NCBI GenBank assembly: GCA_000165425.1
Contig: CT868052.1
Location: 186,001-250,000 of the forward strand
DNA length: 64,000 nucleotides
Source: Paramecium tetraurelia
Lineage: Eukaryota
Direction: 5' to 3'
The position numbers and the translations under genes are program-made. The notes under the pieces were generated by a model that had not been told where the DNA came from, searched no databases, and saw only the letters and a program-made list of their open reading frames with translations. The number at the start of each line of letters is the position of its first letter. The first letter of the stretch is position 1. Of the stretch, positions 12,928 through 29,116 are shown in pieces.

Positions 12928-13974
12928 TAAAAGTTGATTTTTAATTTTTTTATTGTTACGTAACAAAAGATTTAATTTATATTGATTTTTATATTCATCG
13001 AATATATTACTTCTGATTTATTGAAAGTATTAAACTAAAATAATAAAGATTGTTTCAGTTAATCTATTAAAGGTTGATGATGTTTAGCATATATTAAATA
13101 TCTATAGATAAGATTTACAACCTTAAAAACAAGATTTAATAAACAGAATCAAAATTTATAAATTTTAATTCTAATAGCTTTAATCATTCCCTAAGTATTT
13201 ATCTTGTTTTCTTTGTTCTAGCAAATATTAGCTCCCAACTTTCTATAAATATCTCAATCTACCATATCATTTTTAATATCTAAATCAAAAAAACTCATCT
13301 TTTTATATTAATAAAATATATATTTTATCCTTTATCATTAATTAAGAATGTTTTGTTAAAACTCTATCTTATTTATAATCTGGATTAAGTCATATACAAT
13401 AGAAATGTCTGCATTATAAGAAAAAAGGAATGATTTTATTGGTAAACTGTAACTTAAAATCTATTAAAAAAGGTCAAACTATTAAAATAAATTAAATTTG
13501 ATGAGGATTTTAGGTTATGAGGAAAATTGAAAACAAGGAGAATGAAATTTTAATAAAATATATTTTTTGAGGTATATAAAAAACTCAATTGTAAATGATA
13601 TTTTCAGTTTTCAGAAAGGTAGATTTACTTATTAAATAGAGCAATTATTCATTTTAGTTAATTCTATTGTTAACTTCTTATAGTAAAATAAGGCTAAGAA
13701 ATGTGTTTTTCAAGAATATAAGGGAATCCTGAGTGGGTAAATAAGATTTTTAAATTTTAATAATTAAGAATATCGGATTTAGAGCAAAAATTTAATCAGT
13801 ATTTGAATATTTAAATAAAAAAGAGATCAAAATAATCGATAATGGAATGTTGAAAATTAATAAGGGTTATATTAATTTAGTTCATTTATGCTCAAAGATT
13901 TTTCAGTAAATTATTGTTATCGTAAATCAAAATAATAATTATTTTATTCATTTCATTGAAAATACGCCTTTTAA

Positions 13975-15868
<1,894 letters not shown>

Positions 15869-15911
15869 TTTTGATATATATATATATATTATATTAATCT
15901 ATAATTTATAG

Positions 15912-16507
15912 ATGCAATAAACAGTAGTCGCAATAGATCCATCTGTAATTCTTGAATTAATATTAAGGTCTGCCATGCAAAATTATAGAGTGAGAAAACA
16001 TTGTGTGGTTTGGCTTACTTTGATGATTAAAAATCTTAAAGAGGAATAGTTTTGGAATCCTTAGAATATTTCAGGTTGATGACATTCTTCAAAAATTACA
16101 ATTATGAAGGTTTTAAAGTGATATAATTTGTAGGACCTTCTGATATTTTATTAATTTACTTATGGGTTGTCTCTGCACATATGATAAAAACAATAGAGAA
16201 TGACCAAGATTAATAGGCTGCTGCTAAAAAGCTTGATGAAATTGCCAGAGAAGCCATCCCAACCAGGAGTGGAGACAAAAAAAACTTTCTTGGAGGTCTT
16301 CTCAAAGAGACACCAGGAGAAACAGATAAAATATAAGCATATTTGAAGGGACTCAAAGATATTCTTGCAAAAGAAATAATAGCTAAGTAAGTATTGTTCT
16401 AAGGCCATTTAAGGTTCTTCAAAGACGGGAAGAGAACATTTGATGCTAGGTTTTGGAGTGGTATTGCAAAAAGAAAGTTTATGGGATTGAGTTATACAGG
16501 ATTATGA
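15912..16507 (+). CDS. ARPC3: Arp2/3 complex subunit 3 (p21)
   Basis: IVLESLEYFRLMTFFKNY...GPSDILLIYL and C-terminal RFWSGIAKRKFMGLS, matching the ARPC3 pattern IVDEAIxYFKANVFFKNY..ADRxLIY and KWWxxFxKRxFMxxS. Confidence 0.8.
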
Positions 16508-16607
16508 ATTGAATTTACATTAATATATATATAGAATTGATTAATTATTAAATGCTTAATAGCATTATCATTCCGCTCAAAATTATTAATTAATTATTTA
16601 ATTAACA

Positions 16608-19600
16608 ATGAAGAAATATTTAGGTTTGTTCACACTCGAATACCCAATTAATCATTGCGACGTAGCTTTATAAAAAGGTAGATCAATCGTTAAACTTTTA
16701 AGATTAAAAACTGCTTCTGCATAGTGAATCTTTAGTTTTTGATGAAAGACTCTCCTAAGGTGGTTAACCAAATATCAAGCTTGTGCCCACTAACATAATC
16801 TCTAATTTATACACAGAAGATGGAGAGTTTGTAAAAAAATATAAATATTGTCAAGTGCACTAAATTATATCATTTCTATTAAGAAATTTGGTCTTTTTTA
16901 CTAAATTATGATTACGTTTCTTTGAGCATATCTGTTACAGACATTACTCAGTATAATTACATTGTTCAATTTAAAGTTTATTTACTTGAGAAATCATTTA
17001 AAGAATAGGAACGATTAATTAATTAAATCAAAAAGGTTGATTAGAATGAAAAAGACTTAAAGAGAGAGAAATTGAAGTAGAAACTGGTTCATCAATATGC
17101 AAAAGAATCGTTTATTATTTTATTTGAAATTCTCAACCTCAAAGTTCCAATTAGAGCATCTCTCAAACCTAATTAAGACACTCAGGCTTTGGATTAATTT
17201 TTAGTGTAAAAGTTTCGTAACCTTGAGTTTTATGAGTACACATACCTCTCTAAAAATCTCCTTATTCCAAATAATCTCAATAACAATTAGGGAAATGTCA
17301 CTAGAGATAAGATCAATCAGATTAAGAAATAAGTAAAACCAGATGATGAAGATAGTTAGATTCAAATTGAATAAGAAGAAAATAACGGCAATTTATTTAG
17401 TGTCAATGAATAACAATCATATCTATTTACATAATGTTAATAACCAGAGGATTTAAGAAACAATTTATTCGATTATTAATCTTAAGCAGTTCAATGGATG
17501 TTATATCGTGAACAAAGAATTAGTGCTTAGACATTAAATCTTTAGGGTTAGAAATAATCTCTGAATAAAATGTGGAGTTAAATATAGCTTGATGACGATA
17601 TCTATATATATTTCAACGAATTAACGGGTCAATTTTCAGAGAAAGCTGTACCTTCCAAAGATGTAAAGGGAGGAATTTTGGCTGATGCAATGGGTCTCGG
17701 AAAAACTATTTGTTCCATTGCCTTAATTTTATTGGGGAGAGAAATGAAATAGTAATAATTGAATGATATTAATTCAGAACCTTTAGGGAAAAAAGTAAAA
17801 TTAGATAAAGAAGCTGGTAATACTCTTTTGGTTGTTGAACTAAGTGTATTTGAACATTGGATAGAAGAGATTGAGAGACACACTAAATTAAACAAATTGG
17901 AAGTTTATCAATATTATAAGCCATAATCTAGAGTAAAGGAGATTAAATTAGAAGTCTATGACATTGTGATTACAACTTATGGGGTGCTTAAAAAGGATTT
18001 TACTAAAAATGGATTATTATACATGTACGAATGGGAAAGAATCATTTTGGATGAAGCTCATGTGATTAAAAGTAAAAGTACAGCTTGTGCTAAGGCTGCA
18101 TCTTCTATCCAAGCTAAAAGTAGATGGTGTCTAACAGGAACTCCAATTTAGAATCATTTAGAAGATTTATTTAGTCTCTTTCATTTTCTGTAAGTGGAAA
18201 CTTTCTCAGATTATTATTGGTTCAACCATTATATTAATAAATAATAAGATAAAGCGGCTAAATTCAATTTGTTACATGAGATTCTAAGACCTCTTTTATT
18301 GAGAAGAACCAAACAATCAGAATCAATTTAAAGTTCATTAAATTTACCAAGCAAGCAGCATTTCATTGTTCGAGTGAAGATGTCCAACCAGGAAAAAAAA
18401 TGTATATTTTTATTATGAATAATTAAGTTTACAATACTTTGTATTTTAATACTTAGAAGTATTTAAAGGAGTTTTTTGGAATTGGATAGCAATAGAAAAC
18501 AAAGAAGATAGGATACATGCACGTATTTTAATTGCTTTCTTCTCTCAGATAATGTTGTGATCATGTAGGACTCATAGCAAACAAATTGAAAAATAAGGCT
18601 TTACAATAATAACAATAATAATAATCAACTAACAAATAAAAATCAGAGTTAGTGATAAAATAGTTTATTGAAAATGCTTAATATAATTTAGAAAGGAGTT
18701 TAAAGGCGTAAATCTAATCATTACAATAGAAGCAAGAATAAGCTGAAGCTCAACAGCAAGAATTGGAAGACGATGATGATTTTTCTGTTCAGGATGAGTT
18801 TTCAGAAAATTCATCAACTGCAGATGAAGTAAAACCGTAATTGGATTTAAAAGAAATTGAAAATGATTTAAAATTGAAAATTTAATAGTTAGACAAAATA
18901 TAAATCGAATCTTAAGACTTCGAAAATACCTAGAGAAAATATGAAAGTATATTTGAGAAGGTGAAGAATTACGACTGTGCTATTTGTCTAGAGCCTTTAA
19001 AGGAAAAAAGTATAATCTATTATCTAAGTTGTGAACATATATTTTGTTCATGTCTTGAATCCTTACCAAAACAAAATGAAACTATTGTTTGTCCAATATG
19101 TAGATAAGAAATTGAAAACAAGGACAAAATTAAACTAATTTAAACTAAACCTGCCCCATCTCCATAAGATGACTGGTATAAAGAAAGCACAAAGATAAAT
19201 GAAGTTCTCAAATATATAGAATATGTTTGGAAAAAAAATGAAAAAGTAGTTATTTTTACTTAATGGATAAGTATAATGAATTTCATTGAAGGTAAATTAA
19301 GAGTTAAAGGAATAGAATTTAGGAAAATTTAAGGAAAAATGGATAAAAACTAAAGAAAAGCATCAATTAAAGATTTCTTTGAAAAATAGATTACTGTTAT
19401 GCTTATATCATTGAAGGCAGGAGCTTATGGGATTAATCTTTCTTGTGCAAATCATGTTTTGCTAGTTGATCCTTGGTGGAATCCAGCCGTAGAGTATTAA
19501 TTTTAAATAATTCTAGGGATTAAGCTGTAGAGAGAGTTCATAGATTAGGACAACAAAAATAGGTTTAGATAGTTAGTTTCATTTGTGATAATACAATAGA

Positions 19601-19733
19601 AGAGAGAGTCTTACAGATGCATAAGATGAAGAGACAGCTATTTAAGGATGCACTGCAATTGAAATTACCAAATCAAGAGTTTAGTTTTTAGGATTAGATT
19701 GAATTTGTTATGAATTAATAAATGGAGTCTTGA
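16608..19733 (+). CDS. RAD5/HLTF-like SNF2 DNA helicase with inserted RING finger
   Basis: [84 protein letters not shown]. Possible HIRAN-like N-terminus. Confidence 0.93.
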
Positions 19734-19774
19734 AAAAATGAAATATAATTTATTCTTTATTACAATATATTTAA

Positions 19775-21393
19775 TCACTATAGATTAAGTAGATCTTGAA
19801 TTAAAACTTTATTAAGTTTGCGTCTAAAAATATGTTTATATTCTTTACCTCTTTGTGGTACCAAAGTTCACAAAATCAAATTTGACAATGTTCTCACTTA
19901 TTTTGATTTCCATTTAATCTTCGATGAGTTAAAGTCTGCTTTATTAACATTTTTTTTCATGATTTTTATGAATAAAGTTTTGAAGTGATTGCCAAGTTCC
20001 GTTGGCTGACTCTCTCAATCCTTCTCCATCATGAATGAGCCATCTTAAATAGTGATTAAAAAGTACTCATTATTTTTATAAATAATTTATGCTTGTCTTC
20101 TTGAGACAGTGTTGATATTAACTAAAACATCACATTCTTGGGATCTTCCAATCTTATACACAGATTCTTAATTGTAGTTAGCAACAAAAATATGAGTTTA
20201 TATTTAATGAATTGCTTAATTTTCGAATGTAATTTTTAAATAGGGTCTATCGTATTCGCTTAGTTTATGTGAAGTTCTTTGTTTTTATTTGGTCGTCTTC
20301 ATGTCATTCATGGCGACATTCAACATTTCAGTTTCCTCCAATGTAAGTCCATGAATCTTAGCTCCTTTTCTTGTTTGTTCCTTTGCAAGAGCATTATAGA
20401 AATAACTTTGTTCTTTCACCTTCTTAGCTTTGTTTTGTTTAGGTTTTGATTTCAACTCCAAAACGTGGAAAAAAGTGTCTGCACCTATCAAATAAGTATT
20501 GTCTTATTCGATGCTTCTAAGTTTGTCCTTCTTTATTTTCATAAAAGTACCACTTCTGGTACTGTTGTCACTGATATAAAATTAAGGTTTATTTCTAGGG
20601 ATTAGTATAGGAATTACTTGATAAAAGAATAAATATGCTTAATAACTTAAAAAGGTAGTTTTGATGCATGTGGATTATTCCTAAAAAGAGAAAAGAATAG
20701 TATGAGAGGTTGAGTGAGAGTGTTTGAGAAGGTGAAGCCTTTATCAGTTAAAATTTTGCAGTGAACTTTTTCAACATTCTTGTCACCATGTGGTAAATCT
20801 TAAATGAGTTATAAAAGTCAATACAGATATCACAAGTGTCTTGTTTGTCTTCTTACTGCCTTTTTCTACCAATAATTATTTCTTTTTTGTATTGGGATCC
20901 CAAAATCCTAAGTGTTAATCTCATTTAATACCTATCATTTTAAAGTATAAATTCTGAGTCAGTTTAACTTGAATGTTATTTATAGACAGTAATTCGGATG
21001 TGAGGATCATTCTCATTCAAATTGTTGGTTTGAGGAGTTATTTTTTCTACTGGTTGTTCCTGTTGCATCGCCTAATCTTGGAGAACGATCGATTCTCTAT
21101 TGGTATATGTTTGTATCATCATAGAGTGAATTTAGTTCAGTGGGGGCTACATCTACAAGCAAATTATAAATAATAAATATACATTATCATCTTCGATTAC
21201 AATACAATTATCTTAGGAAGTTCCTGGAACTGCTGGGTAATAAATTGAACTCATTTATTAAGGAAAATTGCAGATTGGGTATTGAGGGACCATCGGTATA
21301 GCTAGTTGATGAATGTAAGGCAAATAATAATCTATAAATTAATCGCATATTATTACATAATTGGAGAGGCTTTGGTTGAAGTTGGTAACTCAT
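19775..21393 (-). CDS. Tandem FHA-domain protein
   Basis: FHA1 IIIGR..HCKI..DNSTRSGTF and FHA2 YKIGRSQECDVLVNINTVSRRQA..SANGTW. Multiple 22-30 nt introns. Confidence 0.8.
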
Positions 21394-22056
21394 ACTCAGC
21401 TATATTTTTTGAATAAAAATAATTATTTTTTATAATTCCTAGCTTTAATTAGCTTTATATATGAATGAAAAATTGGAAACTTATTAGTATTATTATACGT
21501 TTTATTACTATCATTCTAATTATTATCCTATACTCATTGGCCTCAATTCCCATCACATATTTAAAAGTAATTTAAAATCAAAGAAGATATCAAAAATATT
21601 AATACATATTATAATCAGAATTATATATTTTCAATTAACAACCACAATAATTATAAAATTCACTGTTTGCATATCATCACAGAGATATTAAAGAATTACC
21701 AAATACATAATTCGATCAATAATTCAATTATTAGTCAATAATAATCTATTCATATCAAACCACACATTTTAATATATTACAATAATATGGTGATTATAAT
21801 ATATAACAATGTTTTCCTTAAAAATACTTGTGAATTTTGAGATTCCTTTCCTTAATTTACATTTTTAGTTAAATCGTTTAAATCCTAACTTTTAATCTTG
21901 ATGAAATTATATAATATTAAAAATAAATTATATTATATTAGGAATTATTTTCTTAGAAAATATTTCCTTCTGGAATATTAACCCCATTAGGATTTAGACA
22001 AACCAAGATTAAATTAATTATTAACTAATTAGAACACAATGCTTATTGAACATGCT

Positions 22057-23158
22057 CATATTTTGTATAAATGGATATTTTAATCCCAACTGCAAGTAGC
22101 AATCATCTTTCCTGTTCCATGAAATTCGATTGCAGTAATTCTCTGTTTATGTCCGATCAAATTGTACAAGGGATTGTAAACAGCTCCCTTCCTTTCCGTT
22201 TGCCAGACCCTTGCAGCTCCATCTCTAGCTCCTGTTGCAAATCTTCTTTTATCCTTATCAAAATTTAAACAATGAACCTATTTTATAATATTCACTTTTA
22301 TACACTATCACAATGAACAGCAGATTAGTTAGCCTTCGTTAATTCTTTCTTCTTACCATCAAAATTATACTCGCTAATACTTTAATTCTTTGAAAATATA
22401 AAATATATTTACTTTTGATGCCACAAACAATTTATAGTTATCCTCTGATATTTTTAATGACTAAATCGCATAACATTTATTCTTTTATGTAGGCTTTGTA
22501 CTCGAAATCTCTTCGATTTTTTGACTGTCATAAGCTTTAATAACTCCCATTGAGTCTCCAGTAAAGAAGTATTTGCTTTATTGGCTGAAATTGATGTTGT
22601 AAACAATATCCATGGATACTATTAATCTAAATAGAGTAGATTACTTTAAAGATCTTTTATAAGTTTCAATTTTCTTAGATCCCAAAGTATAAGATGTCCA
22701 TCTTATCCTCCACTTGCTAGATATAGTCCATTGTCGCTCACCTCTGTCCAGTATATCTATTTAATTTATCGATATTATACTCTGTTTTTATGTTCCTTTA
22801 AAGCTGAAACATTCTTTCCGCTTTTAGCATCCCAAACTAAAATTGATTTATCGGGAGATCCGCTAAAAATTTATTTTCCATCAAGTGAATAGCTTATCGA
22901 CCAAACCCCTTCTCTATTATGAAATAGATAAATAATACTTGTGTCCTGTAAATTTAGACGATTCTTTTTACTTTGTAACATCCCAAAGTTTTATTAATTT
23001 ATCATGCGAACCTGTTGCCAACTCAGATTGATTCGAAGGATTAAATTACAGACATTCAATAGAATTGGAATGAGCCTATACATTAACCTATATTTTACTT
23101 ATTCGAACTTTTGAAATGGTTCTATAGAGTTGTCCAACCAATTTTCTTAAGTTTACAT
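22057..23158 (-). CDS. WD40-repeat protein
   Basis: ATGSHDKLIKLWD, GHKEGVWSISYS..GSPDKSILVWD, ASGGQDGHLILWD, ATGARDGAARVW, GHKQRIT..TCSWDQNIHLY*. Confidence 0.9.
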
Positions 23159-23425
23159 ATTATTAATATTGATTTTTATAATAAGTTCTGATTTCTCATT
23201 TGTCGATATTTTGGCTGCCCTTTTACAATATGATCAGAAGTTATCAATTTAAGACTTTGAATGATCTTCCGTTTGATAATATATTTGTATTTTCTAAGCA
23301 ATAAATTAGAAATTATTTTTTAAAAGGAAGAATAATTACAAACACATCAAAAGCAATATTAGAATATTTCCTTTAGAATTATAATTTTAATTTAATAATT
23401 TTATAATAAAATTACTTCAAACGAA

Positions 23426-23866
23426 ATGGAAATAGAGTCCCATAGACACCAAAAATAATCCACTTTCCAATGCTCTAAAGATAGATTAAAATAAATTAAT
23501 AAAGTCTCTCAGTAAGAGGCCTCAAACACACTTTATAAAAAAAGTTGCTTGTTTGCTTTTAAAGACCAGAAAATTAAATTTAGATTTCCTTTAGCTGATG
23601 AACACAATTTAGATAATAATTCAACATAGTAAGAAATAATCGAATAATCTTCTTAAATCAAAGTAACTGGAAAGCATAATTTAAAGACTTAGGATTTTGC
23701 AACCAAGTCTATCGAGATTGAGGAAGAAAATAAGGAGAACATAAATGAAATTCTAATTGAGCCACCTTCATATCAAGTAAGTAAAATTACAATACCTACT
23801 TAAACTGGTTTTTTCAAGTAATTTACTCAGCAAATCTATGGTAAACTGTATGAACAACAATTTTGA
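23426..23866 (+). CDS. Hypothetical protein (146 aa)
   Basis: Uninterrupted code-6 frame MEIESHRHQ...QIYGKLYEQQF*. Confidence 0.6.
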
Positions 23867-23955
23867 CTAATAAATTTGTTTGATCATTATATTCAAGCAC
23901 TTATATAATATAAGTTCAAATAAGTGGTACATGTAAATAGTAAGCAAATCTTTAA

Positions 23956-24462
23956 TCAGAAATCCGTTGCTCCTATCTTTTTCTATATTAATTAAGCTAA
24001 TTGTTTTAAGAGCTACTTATATTCAATTGGCAATTCTCTAATATCTTCATCCTCAATCTGTTAAAGTGTGAAGCAAAAATTGTTTAATTGTGTATAACTG
24101 AGTATTCTATCGGTTATATTCAATATTTTGTTATTTGATTACTTCTTAGATTTAAGAGATGACATATTTTACTATTAAGAATTTAGTTTATCATGTGTAA
24201 TGCATTAAAATTATAGATTTTAAGTCTATGAAAAATAGTTATGATTTTATGTAGATGCCATTGTATTACATCTCTCTTGTAGTTGGTTTTTGTGTTTGGA
24301 GAAATTGATTTTCTATTTGAAGCCTGAATTTGACTTTTAGGGTGAAGACTGAGTTTTAGTGTAATTTTTTTGTGGACTTTTCGAAAATTCAGTTTTTTAA
24401 ATATCGGCTTTTAGTTTTCTCCGAAAATCAGTAAATTCTTGCAAAAGATCATTAGGTTTCAT
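23956..24462 (-). CDS. Hypothetical protein
   Basis: MKPNDLLQEFTDFRRKLKADIQ... and C-terminal EDEDIRELPIEYKQLLKQLAQLIQKKIGATDF*. Internal splicing not fully resolved. Confidence 0.55.
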
Positions 24463-24528
24463 GTGGCAGTTAATAATTAATATAATTTGTTAATATAATA
24501 TATTTTAATATAAATTATATTGATTTCG

Positions 24529-24821
24529 ATGACTGACACAGCATAATAAATAAATGTAAAATTATGTGACATGTCGAGTGAATTATTAAAGGATGCCCAA
24601 TATATAATCCTGGAAAATCTTAAGAAGCATAGCAATGAAAGAGATGTGGCATATTACATAAAGAGAGAGTAATTTTTTGAACAAATGATAGATTGGATAA
24701 GCGTCATACAGGTCCTTGGCATTGTGTGGTGGGGAAGAACTTTGGGATTTTTGTTACACATGAGGAAGGATATTATTTGTAAGCAATCAAGGGATAAATC
24801 ACTATCGTGGTATGGAAATGA
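24529..24821 (+). CDS. Dynein light chain, LC8 family
   Basis: [10 protein letters not shown]...[33 protein letters not shown]. One intron. Confidence 0.92.
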
Positions 24822-24878
24822 ATAATATGAAACTTCTTTATTTTATAGTTTAAATTATAGATGTGTAAATATATATCT

Positions 24879-26043
24879 TCAAATTAATTTACGACAAACT
24901 GGGCATTACTATTTAATAATCACCCATTATTAAAGACAATGATCATGAAAATGATGCCTAGATTATTAGATAGTCAATTTACCTAGTGCTGCATGGCAAT
25001 TATACAATTAAATCATTATCTTCATAATCACACATACAAATATTGCATTATTGGATGGAGGAGAGCTCAGGACAGCATCTGTATTAAAACTTATTCATTT
25101 TCTTAAATTTACTCTAAAATAGAGAGATGAACAATTACTTTAGTTTAAAGTCTCATGATGATCTTACACACCGACTTAAATATAAATAGAAAGAGGATAA
25201 TAGGCATGTATAATGCCATAGATATAATGGCTAATCCAAATCCAATAATTAGAAATGCAGAAAACAAATACCCAATCAATAGTAATACAAAAGTCACATT
25301 ATTTAAACCTAGTATAAAATTATTAGAAAATATTACTATCATCACAGTCATTAGAATCAGACTAAAAGTAAGCGATGTTACCTCCTGTAAAAATAAGGTA
25401 GAAAATAAATTAATTGTAGACTTTCATAAGGCGAGTGTACTTATTCAAAGCCTCAGCCTGATGTATAATTTCACATTGAGTAAATGGTGGTTCAGCTATT
25501 AATTCTTCTTATCTTATGTCTCTTGTGGACAATTTCATTTTGATCAGAGTTTTAATTTGGTTCCGTCTGATGAATAATTTTAGAATTATTTTTTTACTTG
25601 TTTCTTTCTTCCATTCCTTGGAGGTTCATCTACTCATTTGAGTCTTTGGTCAGCATTTCTGCCATCACCAACAAGAAGATATCTTTGGAATTCATTTGTA
25701 GAGAATAAAGCACAGCTAAATACCTAGAACATTTATGGAATATGATACCTTATTGAATTGAAGAATTCATACATTCCAACAATTGTCAGCCATACAAATA
25801 ATGGGTTCACTTCACATTGTTAATCACGTTGTTGTAAACTGTAGAAGCAGACTAGATATTTTCCAAAACTGAAAAGTAAATTAAAACCTAATACTCTTGA
25901 GGATACTGTTTACCAATATATTTGTAGGATTCTTTGAATTAACCTCTGAAATGCTGCTTCAGTAATTTGAACTTCTTTTCTTCTTCCTCTTTCGAAATCT
26001 TGTTTTCTTGGTTTTAAGAAGTTTCTTCAAGTTCTCTATTCAT
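24879..26043 (-). CDS. Multi-pass membrane RING-H2 E3 ligase
   Basis: Several TM helices, then CNICMCDYEDNDLIVQLPC..HHFHDHCLQQWVIIKQQCPVCR near the C-terminus. Confidence 0.85.
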
Positions 26044-26140
26044 AAATATAATAATAGTGATTATAATAATAAGCAAAATTTGAATAATGAAATAGTTTGT
26101 GATTGTTATAAGTCACAATATAAATTATTAAATAATTGTT

Positions 26141-27781
26141 ATGTATGGTTTGAATTATAGAATCCCTCATTCTAGATAGGATTCAGGTCAAGGAAAAAGA
26201 GAAGAGAAATCTGCACTCAAATAAGGGAATCAGGGAACATTGATGATTCAAAATAATCGGTATTATCAAACAGTTTAATTGGAGTAGCATTGAATAAAAC
26301 GATCATTCTCCTTCACCATTATTTCATGGAATACAGAAATTTTCAGTTTAATCAAGTTAATCCACATCAGCGAATCACTCAAAATAATCTTCAATATCTA
26401 AGCCAAAATAAACACAATAGATGTCATTTCTGAATTATTTGATGCTTAAAAAAGAAGATGAAGAATAAGATAAGCAAGTCACTTAGCATTAATAGAAGCA
26501 ACAGTCTTTTTAATAAAATAATTATTTTACAAATGATCTTTAGATTCAAAGAAACATGTTTAATTTTCTCTATGTAATTGGTGTGGGTGGCTTTGGTAAA
26601 GTGTGGAAAGTAGAATACAAGAAGACTGGCCAAACCTATGCTCTTAAAGAGATGTCAAAAGCATTGTAATATAGATTTTATTGTTATAAGAATTATTGCA
26701 AAAAAAAGTGTTAATTCGGTTATGAATGAAAAGAACATACTGAGTAATCTCAAACATCCGTACTCTATTATATATAACAATAGCTATTTGGTTAATATCT
26801 ATTATGCATTTCAAGAAAGAGAAAATCTGTTTTTGGCATTAGATTACATGTAGGGAGGAGACCTAAGATATCACGTAGGAAGAATGCGTAGATTTAGTGA
26901 AGATCAAACAAGTAAATCATTTGGTATAATAAAGAGGATTCTTTATGGCTTGCATATTTTTGGGTCTAGAATATATGCACTCCTAAAATATTATCCATAG
27001 GGACATCAAACCTGAAAATTTGGTACTTGACAAAAATGGTATACTGTTAAAAACAAAATAGGTTATGTTAGAATCACAGATTTGGGAATAGCTAGACTTC
27101 TAAGGCCTGATAACGCTCAAGATACAAGTGGCACACCTGGATATATGGCACCTGAAGTGATGTGTCGATAAAATCATTCATTCTCTGTTGATTACTTTGC
27201 TCTGGGAGTTATTGGCTACGAATTTATGTTAGGGAGAGTAAATACAAAAATTTAATGCTTTCTAGAGACCATACACAGGAAGGTCCAGGAAAGAAATCAG
27301 AGATTAGATTTTAGCTAAATAAGTGCAAATCAAAAGATCAGAAATACCTGATAATTGGTCTTTGGAATCAGCTGATTTCATCAATAGAGTACCAATTCTA
27401 AATTATTTAGCTTATACAAAGGAAACCCTCCAATCGTTTAGGTTTTAATGGAGCTTAAGAATTGAGGCAGCACACTTGGTTCAAGAATTTCCCTTGGTAA
27501 AAGCTATATAACAAGGAATTAAAGGCTCCTTTTATTCCTCATGTAAAAGAGATTTCATATTTAATTATAGCAATCTGAAGATAACTTTGATGCTAGACAA
27601 ATTTCAATTGAAAATGAAGAAAATACAGAGTTGATTTAATAGAAAGCCATGATGCTCAGAAGAAACTCAATCTAAAGTATTCGTTTATTAATATACAGCT
27701 TAATTTGATGGATATGATCTTAATAACTTTACTTAGACAAGTGAGCCAATCAAATAACAACTTAATAATATTAATTATTGA
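26141..27781 (+). CDS. AGC-group Ser/Thr protein kinase
   Basis: IGVGGFGKVWKV, YALKEM, GGDLRYH, HRDIKPEN, DLG, SGTPGYMAPE and an AGC tail (KAPFIP..DNFD). Many short introns. The start could be the in-frame ATG at 26087. Confidence 0.93.
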
Positions 27782-27816
27782 ATAATCTAATTTATTTTAT
27801 TAATTTTTTTATTCTA

Positions 27817-28425
27817 ATGGATGAAGAACTTTTAGATAATTTATAAGCAGAAGAAGAAGATGATAATGAAATTTCAAATTTTCCATTATTTTAATAAAAA
27901 CAAATTGGTGAGTTCGTCAAAAAGATACTTGGTGACAATATAAATACATAAAAAGCATTTCGAGATAAATTTAATAGATGTTTAAGTCTTTTCGTCTTTT
28001 ATATGAGTCATATGTATTAAATTCAATCATTAAAGGGTAACAGTGATGAAAGAGGACAATAGGAAGAAAAAACACGAAAAAAAAAAAGTACAAGTAACAA
28101 AAGAGGATATCATAATGACTTTAAAATTAATTGATTTTTAAGAAATAGCAGAGACTCTCGAAAGTATAAGATTAACTTATGATAATTAGATCTTTAATTA
28201 TTGCAGTTTTAAGAAAAACCGATTTAATAAGAGAACTAATTAGAATAAGAATTAGAAGGAAATGAAATGCGCGAAATATAAAACGTTGAAAATATAGAGG
28301 ATGAATTAAAGGAAGAAGAGAATAATGACAATAATGAGTAGGTTTAGGATAATCAGGATTAACTCATTGAAGAAATCGATGATGATGATGTTGAGAATGG
28401 ATAAAATAATGAAAATGAATAATGA
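27817..28425 (+). CDS. H2B-like histone-fold protein, DPB4/POLE3/NF-YB-like, with acidic tail
   Basis: IGEFVKKILGDNINTQKAFRDKFNRCLSLFVFYM...VTKEDIIMTLKLIDFQEI, then an E/D-rich tail. Confidence 0.65.
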
Positions 28426-28486
28426 AATTTTGAATTCTTGATGATAAATACTTTTTTGTGTTTTATTAACAATTTAATTTTAAAAA

Positions 28487-29044
28487 ATGAAAAAGAAAAA
28501 TTTATTTCTAGCCAAGAAAGCAGAGGATAGTACTTTGAACTAGTATTGGTTTTCGGAATAAACAATTGAATTCTTGGTTGATCATATTGAGTCAATTTAT
28601 TAGAATGGATAGAAGATAGCCTTCCTATCAACTCCATCAATTTATTGTAGTTTAAAGAATTAGGAAGTTAAATAGAATTCAGCACTGTTTGAATTTGATC
28701 TTAAACTGAATAAAGAGAAAGGGTTTGTTTTTTATGATTTCAATAAGCCTTTAGAAGGCTTAGAACAATTCAAAAACTATTTTGATATTATTTTGATTGA
28801 TCCTCCATTTATAACTGAGGAAGTGTGGGGTAAATATGCTCAAACTATAAATTACATTAAGAAGGAGGATGCTAAGATTTTATGTTGTTCGATAAAGGAG
28901 AATGCCAAGATGTTATATGAGTTGGTAAAGGTTGTACCACAGTAATATAAACCATCGATACCTCATTTAATCTATCAATATGACTTTTATTGTAACTATG
29001 AACACGAGATCTTAAAAAAAGTAAACGATGAAATAGGATTTTGA
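28487..29044 (+). CDS. EEF1AKMT1: eEF1A lysine methyltransferase 1 (N6AMT2/Efm5 family)
   Basis: EDSTLNQYWFS, IAFLSTPSIY, LFEFD, FVFYDFNKP, IDPPFI. Intronless, 185 aa. Confidence 0.88.
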
Positions 29045-29116
29045 ATAATATATTCGAATTAAATTATGAGATAATATAATACTAATATACCTATATTACT
29101 ATTGATATATATATCA

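Noticed and set aside
12990..13960. ~1 kb gene-free spacer with a weak ORF at ~13404
   Set aside because: Open-frame lengths are within random expectation for AT-rich DNA, and no repeats or TIRs were seen.
25155..25502. 115 aa plus-strand ORF
   Set aside because: Antisense to TM segments of the RING-H2 gene.
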